A DNA stretch of 64,000 nt from Candidatus Rifleibacterium sp. (GTDB lineage: Bacteria; Muiribacteriota; Ozemobacteria; Ozemobacterales; Ozemobacteraceae). The position numbers and the translations under genes are program-made. The DNA lies in contig DAOPYA010000009.1 of NCBI GenBank assembly GCA_035352635.1, forward strand, positions 1,745 to 65,744, read 5' to 3'. Below, in pieces: positions 17,315 through 25,930 of this stretch. Every line of letters begins with the position of its first letter. Position 1 is the stretch's first letter. Below the pieces are notes generated by a model that worked only from the letters and a program-made list of their open reading frames with translations, did not search any database and was not told the origin of the DNA.

Positions 17315-20077
17315 ATGTATATAGTTTCATGCGCCAACCGTAATTTTGCAGAGGTAATGCCACTTGTGGGCGGCAAGGGCGGAAACCTGCTCAAGCTCAC
17401 CCAGGCCGGGGCCGATGTGCCGGCTTTCGCAGTGCTGACCCGCGAGTGCTTTGATGAGTTCATCGCCTCATTTCGTGATGAATTCAACCAGAAGCTTCAG
17501 GCTATCGACTGCTCGGCACCAGATAAAATTGCCAGAACTGCCGGCGAACTGCGTGAGTGCATGCTGCGCCACCCGATTCCAGAGCGTATCAGAACCGAGT
17601 TATTCGCAACCATGCGCAGTCTGTTGAAAGCTGACAGCTTTGTGGCGGTGCGCTCTTCGGCTCTTGGTGAAGATTCAAAAGAATTTTCATACGCCGGAAT
17701 GCTTGATACATGCCTTTTCAGACGCACAGACGCTGAAGTCTGTGAAGCGGTGCTGACCTGCTGGTCATCGATTTTTTCTGACCGGGCGGTGGCCTACCGC
17801 AATATGCGCGGCATCGCGCAGAACGATGTGTCGATGGCAGTCGTGGTTCAAGAGATGATCGATGGGGTCGCTTCAGGGGTTACCTTCACGGTTAACCCGA
17901 CCACCAGTTATGAAGACGAGATTCTCATCACTTCGGTTTTCGGGCTGGGTGAGGGGTTGGTGTCTGGTACCCTCGATTCAGACCAGTTTATTTGCCTGAA
18001 ACAGGATACTTACCCGGTGATCGAGACGAAGCTTGCCAATAAAGTTGAAAAGCTGGTTTTCGACCGCAAGAATAATTTTGGAACTCAGACAGTCGCCGTC
18101 GCTGATGATCAGGCCGGCAAGCCGAGTCTCAGTGACGCGCAGTTGCGCAGCGTTGCAACGGTTTGCCATCGTATCGAAGGCTCTTATCACAATGTTCCGC
18201 AGGATATCGAATGGACGATCGACAGCGAGGGCAGGGTACGGATTCTGCAGGCCCGCCCCATCACCACCATCGAGCGCCCGGTTCCGTCAGAGCGCCTGTA
18301 CACCACGATCTGGGATAACTCGAACATCGTCGAAAGCTATTCTGGCGTCACGACTCCATTGACTTTTTCGTTCGCTATCTATGCTTATCATCGCGTCTAT
18401 GTGCAGTTTTGCCAGGTTCTGATGGTGCCAGACGATGAGATTAAGGCCAACGATTTTGCCTTTGCCAACATGCTTGGCTTTTTGAACGGCCGCATCTATT
18501 ACAACCTGAAGAACTGGTATCGGCTGATCTCGGTGCTGCCGGGTTACAGCTATAACAGCCGTTTCATGGAAGGGATGATGGGCGTCAAGGCGAGCTACGA
18601 GAAGACGGTCAAGCAAAAACCGGTTGGCTTTTTTCAGAAATATTTTTACGAACTGCCTCGCCTGGCACTGGTCGGCGCCAATCTCGCCTACCGCTTCTGG
18701 CGCACCGACGCTGAAGTGAAGAATTTCATGGATGTTTATCAGGCGATGTACAACAAATACAAAGACTTTGACTTTGCCAAAGCGCCGGCGCACCGTCTGG
18801 TCGATATTTTTAACGAACTCGACAACACGGTATTGGCGAACTGGAAAGCGCCGATCATCAACGATTTCATGGCGATGATTTTTTATGGCATTCTTGACGC
18901 GTTGATGAAAAAATGGGATCTTAACGCAGACCCGGCCCTGAAGAACGACCTGCTCGCCGGCCAGGGCAATGTTGAAAGCACCCTGCCGCTGCGCACCATT
19001 CAGAAGATCGCCCGGTTCGTCTCGGCTGACGCCGGTCTCAAAGAGCTGTTCAAAACCCGCAGCGCCCCGCAATTAAAGGAAATGTTTATTCCGCTGCCCG
19101 GTAACGACCGACCGGCCGGGCATCAGCAGCTTGGCGCCCAGATTGCCGAATATCTTGAGAAATACGGTTATCGTGCCATGTGTGAGCTGAAGCTTGAAGA
19201 GCCTTCAATGAACGAGCGCCCTGAGTTTCTTTTCGACATGATCAAGAATTACTCCGCCGCCCCCCTGCCAGAAGAAGGCGATACTGGCGACAAGGAACGC
19301 CGGGTGCGCGAGGCCGCCGAACTCAAAGTCAGAACGCTTCTCGGCGACAGTGGCTTATTCTTTGGGCTGTTTAAAAAGCTTGATGTGCTGATGTTCGTTG
19401 CTAACTGGGCGAAGAAGGCCATGGCAGTGCGTGAGTATCAGCGCTTTGCCCGCACCAGAATGTATGGGCTGGTCAGCCGCATCTATAAAGGTTTTGGCCA
19501 GAGATTCGTCGAACGTGGCCTGCTCGACAAGGTTGATGATATTTTTTATCTGACCATGGAAGAAACCCTCGAGTATGTTACCGGCACCGCCCGCAGCCAG
19601 AAACTTCGCGAACTTGCTGCCCTGCGTCGTGCCGAGTTCGATGGCTATCGCAGCATGGATGAATTGCCAGACCGCATCGAGACCACCGGCATCACCTATT
19701 GCAACGATCTGACACGGGGCATGTTGCCCGCCATCGAGGGTGACGACGACCCGAATATTATTCGCGGCATTGGCGGCTGTTCTGGCAAGGTCACCGGCCC
19801 GGTCAAGGTTATTCTCAACCCAGGTGATGACATGTCGCTCAATGGTGAAATTCTGGTGGCGGCCCGCACTGACCCGGGCTGGGTGCCGTTATTTGCCACG
19901 GCTTCGGCCTTGCTGATCGAACGCGGCAGCATGCTGTCGCATTCGGTTATCGTGGCACGCGAACTTGGTTTGCCGGCGGTTGTGGGTGCCACCGGCGTCA
20001 CTAAAAAACTTAAAACAGGCGATGTTGTTGAGCTTGATGGCACGACCGGCATCGTTAAAGTAATTTCACGCGCCTGA
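17315..20077 (+). CDS. PEP-utilising enzyme family protein with rifampin-phosphotransferase-like architecture
   Basis: 920 aa. It has an N-terminal PPDK_N-type ATP-grasp (VGGKGGNLLKLTQAGADVPAF), a long central domain, and a C-terminal swivel His domain (ERGSMLSHSVIVARELGLPAVVG). Confidence 0.85.
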   Translation: MYIVSCANRNFAEVMPLVGGKGGNLLKLTQAGADVPAFAVLTRECFDEFIASFRDEFNQKLQAIDCSAPDKIARTAGELRECMLRHPIPERIRTELFATMRSLLKADSFVAVRSSALGEDSKEFSYAGMLDTCLFRRTDAEVCEAVLTCWSSIFSDRAVAYRNMRGIAQNDVSMAVVVQEMIDGVASGVTFTVNPTTSYEDEILITSVFGLGEGLVSGTLDSDQFICLKQDTYPVIETKLANKVEKLVFDRKNNFGTQTVAVADDQAGKPSLSDAQLRSVATVCHRIEGSYHNVPQDIEWTIDSEGRVRILQARPITTIERPVPSERLYTTIWDNSNIVESYSGVTTPLTFSFAIYAYHRVYVQFCQVLMVPDDEIKANDFAFANMLGFLNGRIYYNLKNWYRLISVLPGYSYNSRFMEGMMGVKASYEKTVKQKPVGFFQKYFYELPRLALVGANLAYRFWRTDAEVKNFMDVYQAMYNKYKDFDFAKAPAHRLVDIFNELDNTVLANWKAPIINDFMAMIFYGILDALMKKWDLNADPALKNDLLAGQGNVESTLPLRTIQKIARFVSADAGLKELFKTRSAPQLKEMFIPLPGNDRPAGHQQLGAQIAEYLEKYGYRAMCELKLEEPSMNERPEFLFDMIKNYSAAPLPEEGDTGDKERRVREAAELKVRTLLGDSGLFFGLFKKLDVLMFVANWAKKAMAVREYQRFARTRMYGLVSRIYKGFGQRFVERGLLDKVDDIFYLTMEETLEYVTGTARSQKLRELAALRRAEFDGYRSMDELPDRIETTGITYCNDLTRGMLPAIEGDDDPNIIRGIGGCSGKVTGPVKVILNPGDDMSLNGEILVAARTDPGWVPLFATASALLIERGSMLSHSVIVARELGLPAVVGATGVTKKLKTGDVVELDGTTGIVKVISRA

Positions 20078-20108
20078 GAGCGCCAAATTCACATCGGAGG
20101 CCTTGATC

Positions 20109-21203
20109 ATGAGTGCATCGGTAGTTTACAGCAATGTCTGGGAAGACCCCGAATTGAACCGGGTTTCCCTGAAAGTCAAACCCGGCCAGAATGTTCTGTC
20201 TATAACTTCGGGCGGTTGTAACTCGCTTAGTCTGCTGCTTGAAGACCCGGCGAAGCTTATTTCGATCGATCTGAACCCGGCCGCCCTTGCCATGCTTGAA
20301 TACAAGCGTGCCGCCATCATTGAACTCGGGTATGACGAATTCATCGACGCGCTGGGCACGCCGTTTCTTTTTAAACCCGAAAAGTCGCCTGAATACCGGG
20401 TCGAACTCTACAACCGCATTCGCAAGCACCTGCCGGCTTCGGCCGCCCAGTTCTGGGATGACCATCTGCACCAGGTCAAGAGCGGCATCATGATGTGCGG
20501 CAAGGTCGAGAAATTCTTCAAGTTCTATCGCACCGTGCTTGGCTGGCTCTACGGCAAAGATGAAATCATGAAACTGTTCAAGGCTGAAACTCTCGAACAG
20601 CAACGAGAGGTCTACGCCGGGTTCCGCAAGCAACGCTGGAATGCTTTGCATCGCCTGTTGCTTAACCGCAGTGTTCTGAGTCTGGTCAAAGGCGCTCATT
20701 CGTTTGCCCAGGTTGACTTTGAAGACTTCGCCGGCAACCTGAACCGCAAACGAACTCTCGGTATGACCCGCTTTTTCAACCCTGACAACTATTTTATGTG
20801 CCTGCTGCTGCTCGGCGGTCACTACCATGAGCGTGGCATGTCGCCCTATCTGCTGCGTGAAAACTACCCGAAACTGAAGAAGAACATCGGCAACCTTGAA
20901 ATCTTTCAGGGAACAATCGGCGATGTGCTCAAAAAAGACGGGCCGGGCAGTTATGACCGCTTCAATCTTTCGAATATCTTTGAATGGATGACCAACGAAG
21001 TGTTCAATGGCATCATCAGAGAGGTGCTTGAACTGTCACGACCGGGTGCCCGCCTGGCCTGGCGTTATACCTTCGCCAGACCCCGCGAACTCGACGCCCA
21101 GAACCTTGATCGCCTTGTTTATGAACCTGAGCTTTCTGAACAACTGTTCAAACAGGATCGGGCGTTTATCTACGAAAGCTTTCACGTCTACCACCTTAAA
21201 TAA
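20109..21203 (+). CDS. DUF3419 / BtaA-like SAM-dependent 3-amino-3-carboxypropyl transferase
   Basis: ATG 20109 lies 8 nt after GGAGG. YSNVWEDPELNRVSL, VLSITSGGCNSLSLLL and SIDLNPAALAMLEYK fit the BtaA-family N-terminal signature. Confidence 0.75.
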   Translation: MSASVVYSNVWEDPELNRVSLKVKPGQNVLSITSGGCNSLSLLLEDPAKLISIDLNPAALAMLEYKRAAIIELGYDEFIDALGTPFLFKPEKSPEYRVELYNRIRKHLPASAAQFWDDHLHQVKSGIMMCGKVEKFFKFYRTVLGWLYGKDEIMKLFKAETLEQQREVYAGFRKQRWNALHRLLLNRSVLSLVKGAHSFAQVDFEDFAGNLNRKRTLGMTRFFNPDNYFMCLLLLGGHYHERGMSPYLLRENYPKLKKNIGNLEIFQGTIGDVLKKDGPGSYDRFNLSNIFEWMTNEVFNGIIREVLELSRPGARLAWRYTFARPRELDAQNLDRLVYEPELSEQLFKQDRAFIYESFHVYHLK

Positions 21204-21228
21204 CCGGTTTTTTTAAACTCTTTTAAAC

Positions 21229-21260
21229 AGCGGTTCTGCATTTATGCAGAACCGCTTTTC
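21229..21260 (+). terminator. Rho-independent terminator after the BtaA-like gene
   Basis: Perfect 12-bp stem agcggttctgca / tgcagaaccgct with loop ttta, followed by tttc. Confidence 0.7.
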
Positions 21261-21329
21261 GCATGACGGGTATTACCCTGTGGGCTGATTTGTGTTACAA
21301 TTAGCTTGAGTGAACGACTTGGAGGCTTT

Positions 21330-22100
21330 ATGCGAACAATCAGACTGATAACTTGCTTGATGGTGATGCTGCTGGCCGGTGCGGTTGCCGCAATGGCACT
21401 AACCGCCCAGGAAGTCCTGCAAAAAGTTGAAGATCGTTATATCGGCAAAACTTCGAAAGCTCAGGTCCAAATGGATCTGATCGATAAATCAGGCGGGGTT
21501 CGCGAGCGCAAGATGGTAATTTCCCGCCGCAAGGTTGATGGCAGCAACAAAGACAACTTTATTCATTTCGTTGCGCCGCCCGACATTCGCAATACCACCT
21601 ATCTGGTCAACGAAAAGAACCGTGAACGCCAGAAATGGATCTACCTCTCAGCTTTCAAGAATACCCGCAGAATTCTTGCCGAAGACTACGCCATGGCTTT
21701 CGTATCGAGTGACTTTACCTACGAAGACATGGATGACATCAGGGCCGACGATTATGTTGCCAGCGACCTCAAAGAAGAAAAGCTCGGTGACAAAGACGTG
21801 TATTCGATTTCGGTGAGCAAAAAAGATGCTAACACGAGCTATGCCAAAGTAATCATGAAGGTGTGCAAGAATACCTTTGTAGTGCTGCGTTCCGAAATGT
21901 ATGACAAAAAAGCCCCCGAAAAAATGGTCAAAGAAATGACTGCGGCAAATCTTGAACAGATCCAGGAAATCTGGACCCCGAAAGAAGTCGTTATGAAAGA
22001 CCTCGTCAAGGGTACGACGACCAGCCTCAAAACAGCCAAAATCGCCTACGATCTTGAATTGACTGATGAAGAGTTCTCACAGCGCAACATGGAAAAGTGA
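21330..22100 (+). CDS. LolA-like outer-membrane lipoprotein-sorting family protein
   Basis: ATG 21330 follows GGAGG. Signal peptide MRTIRLITCLMVMLLAGAVAAMA. AQEVLQKVEDRY...MDLIDKSGGVRERKMVISRRK...FIHFVAPPDIRNTTYLV is typical of this family. Confidence 0.7.
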   Translation: MRTIRLITCLMVMLLAGAVAAMALTAQEVLQKVEDRYIGKTSKAQVQMDLIDKSGGVRERKMVISRRKVDGSNKDNFIHFVAPPDIRNTTYLVNEKNRERQKWIYLSAFKNTRRILAEDYAMAFVSSDFTYEDMDDIRADDYVASDLKEEKLGDKDVYSISVSKKDANTSYAKVIMKVCKNTFVVLRSEMYDKKAPEKMVKEMTAANLEQIQEIWTPKEVVMKDLVKGTTTSLKTAKIAYDLELTDEEFSQRNMEK

Positions 22101-22107
22101 TGGAATC

Positions 22108-22155
22108 ATAAAATCAAGAATCGCAGACCTTCGGGTCTGCGATTCTTGATTTTAT
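22108..22155 (+). terminator. 22-bp perfect-stem hairpin (terminator/attenuator or RNA-processing site)
   Basis: ataaaatcaagaatcgcagacc (22108-22129), loop ttcg, then ggtctgcgattcttgattttat (22134-22155). It lies 7 nt after the LolA-like stop. Confidence 0.6.
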
Positions 22156-22216
22156 GGGCGTAATTATTGCGCGGCCGGGTGCCGATAATTCAGATAAGAA
22201 ATATCAACCCGGAGGC

Positions 22217-23560
22217 ATGCAGATCAGCAGAACTCTGCCGATAAAGCGTTGGCGGCCTGGTAGCGGGCCGGCATTGCAGATCGCACTTGTGGCGATCACT
22301 TTTTTGCTGCTGTTGCCGGCTGTTCTGCCCGTTGGTGCGGCTGACGAATGGGATACCTGGGGCGACAGCGGCGAAAAGACTGGTGAACCTGTAATAAAGC
22401 GCCCATTTATTTCGGGCTGGTGGAACTGGCAGTACAACGAATTTTCTTCGTTTGATCAGGGTCGGGTCAACTTCGAAAAGGAGTTGGGCAACGGCAGTAA
22501 ACTGCTCACCGGCCTCAGAATCAACTATTACACTGAAGATAACAACAAGAAATGGAAGGTTTTTCCGGGGGAAAACTATTACTTCTGCAAGGCCGGCGAT
22601 CTTGATTTCAAGGCCGGCATGCTCATCGAGAACATTGGCAGCGGCGACAAGTTTTCGTTTGTCGACAAGCTCAATTCGCGCTATTTCCATAACGGGCTGG
22701 CCAATGATTATGACCGCGATAAAAAAGAGGTACCCGGCGTCAGGGCAACCTGGTACATTAACCGGCATTTCAAATTTTCGGGGCATTATCTGCCGTATTT
22801 TACCGCCAGTGAGTTCCCGACTATTTACAGTAAATGGGCTTATGCGATTCACAAGTCGCTTGCCAGCGAGCTTTTATTTAAGGGCGGGGTGTACAACGCC
22901 GCGAGTGATGCGAGCTTTGACCCTCAGTTTCACGTGGAACTCAGCTCTGTATACCCTAAGATCGAGATGCGGTTTCATTATCTCAGATTAAAAGAGCGTT
23001 TGCCGGTTATCAGTCAAGACAAGCCGGGAATTTTTAACGGCAGCTACCCCCTCGACGAGACTTTTGCGGTGAATGGCAACCTGACCCTGAGCAAGGAACT
23101 GCTGTTGCGCTACGAGTTGGCCTGGAGTCGTGATCGCACCTGGACAACCTATGAAGAGGGGCATATCGGGCAAAAGTTTGTCAGCGATCATGTTGGCATG
23201 TTGTTTGGCACTGACCGCAACCTGCCGAATAACTTTTACGTTAATGTACAGGGCATGGTGTCGCATGTTCCTGATTTTAAGGCAACCACGCCGTTTCAAC
23301 TTAATGAAACCGAGTATCTCAGTTCGTTGCAGATGCGGCAGAATTTTCGCCAGGATCGCCTGCAGATCGAATTAAACGTCTTGAAGAATTTTTCGTCGGG
23401 CGAGTATGTGCTGACGCCGAAAATTCAGATAATCAAGTCAGACTACCTGACTTTTATGCTTGGTTATCAGATGAACGGCGAGGGTGCAGAAACTCTTGGC
23501 CCGGTAGGCCAATTTTCAGAGAACAACACCGCTGTTTTTGAGACCCGCGTTACTTTTTGA
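22217..23560 (+). CDS. Putative outer-membrane beta-barrel protein
   Basis: The start is uncertain: ATG 22217 gives MQISRTLPIKRWRPGSGPALQIALVAITFLLLLPAVLPVGAA, while ATG 22154 lies inside the hairpin. It is rich in Tyr/Gly/Asn beta-strand repeats and ends ...FETRVTF with terminal Phe. Confidence 0.55.
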   Translation: MQISRTLPIKRWRPGSGPALQIALVAITFLLLLPAVLPVGAADEWDTWGDSGEKTGEPVIKRPFISGWWNWQYNEFSSFDQGRVNFEKELGNGSKLLTGLRINYYTEDNNKKWKVFPGENYYFCKAGDLDFKAGMLIENIGSGDKFSFVDKLNSRYFHNGLANDYDRDKKEVPGVRATWYINRHFKFSGHYLPYFTASEFPTIYSKWAYAIHKSLASELLFKGGVYNAASDASFDPQFHVELSSVYPKIEMRFHYLRLKERLPVISQDKPGIFNGSYPLDETFAVNGNLTLSKELLLRYELAWSRDRTWTTYEEGHIGQKFVSDHVGMLFGTDRNLPNNFYVNVQGMVSHVPDFKATTPFQLNETEYLSSLQMRQNFRQDRLQIELNVLKNFSSGEYVLTPKIQIIKSDYLTFMLGYQMNGEGAETLGPVGQFSENNTAVFETRVTF

Positions 23561-24881
23561 GAATGTTGGCGGGTCTGATGTAATAGTAGTTGTCAGAAAT
23601 CGTTACCAGCGGGTTAATCGAGACCCATTTCTGGCGATAATTTTTCGAGCCGCCTTCAAAAGTAACGTAGATACCGTTGCCATCGTATTCAAGGTCTTCG
23701 GAACCGGCGGCGATATCGACCGTTTTGAGCCAGTTGACGCCGTCTGCCAGTTCCCAGGCGTCGGCGGTGAAGGTTTTTGACTGGCCAGCCGGTTTAAAAG
23801 ATAATTTGGTGGCTGGTTTGCTGAGGGGTGAGTTGTAGAGGGCGAGTTTTGAATTGAGGGCGCCGTAAGAAATGCTGAGCGCGACGTATTTGCCGCAGAC
23901 TGCCATGCCCTGCACCGATTCGCGGCAGAAGATCAGGCTGTCGGGCTTGAAAGCGGTGCGGCTTTTGTCGCCTTCAGTGAAGGTGTATTTGCGGGTGGCG
24001 GTTGGCAGGCCATCGGCATCGACCTTATAACCGGCGATCCAGGTTTTTCGGGAGAACGGATTAGTGGTGTGGTGGGCAATCGGCGCGAAATCTTTGTTTG
24101 AAGACTTGACGAAATCACCGACCCAGATGTGGGTGCCGTCAAAGCTGACAAAGCTGGCTTTGCTGTCTACTTCGAAAGTTTCGGCAGCGGTGAGGTCGAG
24201 AGTCGGTATCTGCAAGCTTTTTGGAATGCCGGTCAGACTGGCAGGGGCTTTGGCCGTTTTGTCGTTGATAAAATCAAGGATTTCCTGCAGACGGAACCCG
24301 TAAATCTTGTAGCCTGACGCTACCCAGACGTATTTGCCGGCCACTGCCACCCCGCCGGCATGGCCGGTGTATGGGCTGTTATTGCTCTGATAGAGTGCAA
24401 AGCGGCGCAGTGGTTTGCCGGTGTAGCGGTTTACAACCACAAGTTGCGAGGGGTGATCGGTGTAATCGGGTTCACAATAATATGAAAGCAGAATATTCTG
24501 GTAATCACTGGCCTTGCTCTGCAGTGATGCAGGGTTGATGACCCTGTTCGGCAGCCAGGCGACTCCCTGGCAGACGAATTCGCGGCTTTCATGGCCCGGA
24601 ATCAGGGCATTACTGCTGACAAATGCTGGTGGGGTATCTTTGGTGACCGCTTTATTGATTGTCGAGGTCAGGCTCTGGTAAGTGCTCTTAACTTTTTTTA
24701 CGAAGCGATCCCAGAGGCTGGGTTTTTCTTTAGTGCTTTCGGTCTGCATCGCTGACTGGGATGCGGATTTTGATATGCTGACCGGCTGACCAGAGAATGG
24801 TGTTTGGGCCACCAATGCAGTGTTCACGCCGCAAATCACAATAAAGGCGAGAGCCAGACGGCTAAGTTTTGCAGTTTTCAT
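23550..24881 (-). CDS. Secreted protein, unknown function (beta-rich, propeller-like)
   Basis: ATG 24881 follows GGAG and gives the signal peptide MKTAKLSRLALAFIVICGVNTALVAQ. The longer ORF-track frame upstream is unlikely. The 3' end overlaps the convergent barrel gene by 11 nt. Confidence 0.6.
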   Translation of the reverse strand: MKTAKLSRLALAFIVICGVNTALVAQTPFSGQPVSISKSASQSAMQTESTKEKPSLWDRFVKKVKSTYQSLTSTINKAVTKDTPPAFVSSNALIPGHESREFVCQGVAWLPNRVINPASLQSKASDYQNILLSYYCEPDYTDHPSQLVVVNRYTGKPLRRFALYQSNNSPYTGHAGGVAVAGKYVWVASGYKIYGFRLQEILDFINDKTAKAPASLTGIPKSLQIPTLDLTAAETFEVDSKASFVSFDGTHIWVGDFVKSSNKDFAPIAHHTTNPFSRKTWIAGYKVDADGLPTATRKYTFTEGDKSRTAFKPDSLIFCRESVQGMAVCGKYVALSISYGALNSKLALYNSPLSKPATKLSFKPAGQSKTFTADAWELADGVNWLKTVDIAAGSEDLEYDGNGIYVTFEGGSKNYRQKWVSINPLVTISDNYYYIRPANILKK

Positions 24882-25035
24882 CTTTTTTGTCTCCGTGAGT
24901 GGCCGGAATCGGGTCAAGAGAAATGCTCTTAGAGTATAATACCATCGGGATGGCACAAATGTTTTAAGAAATTTGCAATTGAGCTGGCGTGGCAAAATAT
25001 TGTATGATGCGGTCAAATCATAGTGGAGCAACTCT

Positions 25036-25857
25036 TTGCGGATATTTCGAGCGCTTCTGGTTCTCTGGTGCTTTTCTTTTGCCTGTTTTATAGGGGCGTC
25101 CGGCTTCAAAACGCAGGCCAACCTGCGTTTTTCGCACAAGACCCACGAAAAAAATTCAGTTCAGTGTACAGTCTGCCACGTTAACCGTGAAGGCGGCGTG
25201 GCGGTTATGCCGGCAGTCGCACCAGGTTGGCAGCCGTTGCGGCCGACGGGAATCGTAGCCTCAGATGTGGGCGGTATTTTCAGGCAAAATCAGGAAGTCA
25301 GCGATACCTTTGGGCGCCCTGGCGAAAAGCGCTGCCTGGAATGTCATTTTAAAACCCGCGAAAAAAGCGATTGCGGGTTGTGTCACCTCGAAAAACCCGG
25401 CGAAACGATTCGTAAGCGGCAACGACTGGGAACCGGTTTCTTTTTTTCCCATAAACGGCATGAAAAGGTTGAATGCAGTCGCTGCCACCCCGGCATCACC
25501 GTCTGGGAAACCCTCGACGGCCACATGATCAAAGCACAGATGGCCGACTGCCTGGCTTGCCACAACGGCAAGGATGCGGTCAAAAATTGTCTGGTCTGCC
25601 ACAAACCTACGCCGCGCCCCGCTGATCATACCCGTAATTACGAGAAGAAGCATGGCATGGCGTATCGCACTGACCCGCAGCGATGCCGAATGTGTCACGA
25701 AGATTCATCATGCCTCGACTGCCATTCGCGCAAGCCAAAAGATCATACCCTGGCCTGGGTGCGTTACCGGCACGGGCTGGCAGCCAAAACCAACCCGCAG
25801 AAGTGCCAGGCTTGTCACTCTGATCCGTGGGTCTGTCGGCGCTGTCACGACTGGTAA
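25036..25857 (+). CDS. Multihaem c-type cytochrome (10 CxxCH motifs)
   Basis: TTG start 7 nt after GGAG, with a signal peptide. Motifs: CTVCH, CLECH, CGLCH, CSRCH, CLACH, CLVCH, CRMCH, CLDCH, CQACH, CRRCH, all within 273 aa. Confidence 0.85.
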   Translation: MRIFRALLVLWCFSFACFIGASGFKTQANLRFSHKTHEKNSVQCTVCHVNREGGVAVMPAVAPGWQPLRPTGIVASDVGGIFRQNQEVSDTFGRPGEKRCLECHFKTREKSDCGLCHLEKPGETIRKRQRLGTGFFFSHKRHEKVECSRCHPGITVWETLDGHMIKAQMADCLACHNGKDAVKNCLVCHKPTPRPADHTRNYEKKHGMAYRTDPQRCRMCHEDSSCLDCHSRKPKDHTLAWVRYRHGLAAKTNPQKCQACHSDPWVCRRCHDW

Positions 25858-25930
25858 GCGCGGCGGTTCACAAGTCGCGAAAATGTAGTATTATGGTTCA
25901 ACGGATTTTTTGAGCACAGGGAGGCAACCG

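Noticed and set aside
18287-19072. 261-aa minus-strand ORF inside the PEP-utilising enzyme gene. Similar long antisense ORFs occur at 20055-20828, 22190-22852, 10504-11178, 46555-47367, 48406-49065 and 59987-60805.
   Set aside because: All lie fully antisense to genes with strong family signatures. Their translations are low-complexity (Arg/Gly/Val/Phe rich) with no motifs or RBS. They are typical shadow ORFs of mid-GC coding DNA.
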